Below, one piece after another: positions 31,674 through 32,000 of a stretch of 32,000 nt of DNA. The stretch is from Shewanellaceae bacterium UBA2521 (lineage in GTDB: Bacteria; Pseudomonadota; Gammaproteobacteria; Enterobacterales; Shewanellaceae): positions 1 to 32,000 of the forward strand of contig DDNL01000090.1 in NCBI GenBank assembly GCA_002341165.1, given 5' to 3'. Each line of letters begins with the position of its first letter. The stretch's first letter is position 1. Under the pieces are notes generated by a model. It made no database searches. It had not been told where the DNA came from and saw only the letters and a program-made list of their open reading frames with translations. The translations under genes were made by a program, and so were the position numbers.

Positions 31674-31715
31674 ATTAATATTGCTGAATATATCAATATA
31701 TTCAGCAATATTAAT
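31674..31715. repeat. 42-nt inverted repeat, 20-bp perfect arms, 2-nt centre
   Basis: ATTAATATTGCTGAATATAT-CA-ATATATTCAGCAATATTAAT read directly. Confidence 0.95.
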
Positions 31716-31758
31716 AAATGCTTGAAAGTTTTCTTTATCATTTCTACACTTAAGCTAA

Positions 31759-31784
31759 GTGGAGTTATGTGGTGTTTTGTGGAT
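31759..31784 (+). promoter_or_regulatory. Candidate MraZ-binding box (three 10-bp-spaced direct repeats)
   Basis: GTGGAGTTAT GTGGTGTTTT GTGGAT: GTGG at 31759, 31769 and 31779, 31 bp upstream of the mraZ ATG. Confidence 0.5.
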
Positions 31785-31812
31785 CATCCATAGCATTTAG
31801 GTGAGGTTTTAA

Positions 31813-32000
31813 ATGTTAAGTGGTTCAAGCGCATTGAATTTAGACAGTAAGGGGCGTATGGCATTCCCTGTTCGCTACCGAGATATTCTCGCAGCACAAT
31901 GCGAAGGAAAAGTAGTGTGTACTGTTGATTTATTTTCACCTTGCTTGCTTTTATACCCACAACCACAATGGCTTATCGTTGCAGAAAGACTTGGAGTTTT
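31813..32000 (+). CDS. mraZ: Transcriptional regulator MraZ (5' part, truncated by window end)
   Basis: ATG at 31813 gives MLSGSSALNLDSKGRMAFPVRYRDILAAQCEGKVVCTVDLFSPCLLLYPQPQWLIVAERLGV; MraZ SpoVT/AbrB-like N-terminus. Not in the supplied ORF track. Confidence 0.93.
   Translation, partial: MLSGSSALNLDSKGRMAFPVRYRDILAAQCEGKVVCTVDLFSPCLLLYPQPQWLIVAERLGV

Noticed and set aside
31551-31793. Plus-strand 80-aa ORF between ccmE and mraZ
   Set aside because: Its translation spans the long palindrome and the candidate MraZ box, is compositionally biased, and has no recognisable domain.
31784-31966. Minus-strand ORF at the window end
   Set aside because: It overlaps the mraZ start region antisense; the plus-strand MraZ translation is convincing.

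Overview
This 32 kb window is gene-dense and AT-rich. Gene content and order suggest a gammaproteobacterial chromosome (inference). It opens with cytochrome c maturation genes (ccmH, ccmG, ccmF on -, ccmI on +). It continues with a small XRE-type HTH gene, rnpB (RNase P RNA, - strand), rsmI, lpoA, yraN, a diaA/gmhA-like SIS gene and a dolP-like BON lipoprotein gene. The central accessory segment (about 9.8-17.3 kb) holds a secreted alpha/beta hydrolase, two tandem proteins with prokaryotic ionotropic-glutamate-receptor architecture, a stand-alone membrane sensor domain with no output module, a DUF2256 protein and a methyl-accepting chemotaxis protein. The rest is mostly housekeeping: an MMPL/RND exporter, a YeeZ-like epimerase, an SDR, a HugZ-like protein, YhbQ, trkA-rsmB-fmt-def, dprA-smg, a cytochrome c5-like gene, ccmABCDE and the 5' end of mraZ. 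The strongest candidate for something undescribed is the tandem channel pair. Both pores carry ITKGPFNYYEFKT where a K+-type filter (TVGYG) is expected. A 31-residue pore block is identical in the two proteins although 17 of its 31 codons differ synonymously. Other notable signals are a 20-bp-arm palindrome upstream of mraZ, a 10-bp-periodic candidate MraZ box, dyads in front of the XRE gene, and an in-frame 9-bp repeat upstream of the cytochrome c5-like gene. All alignments and repeat measurements were done by eye.
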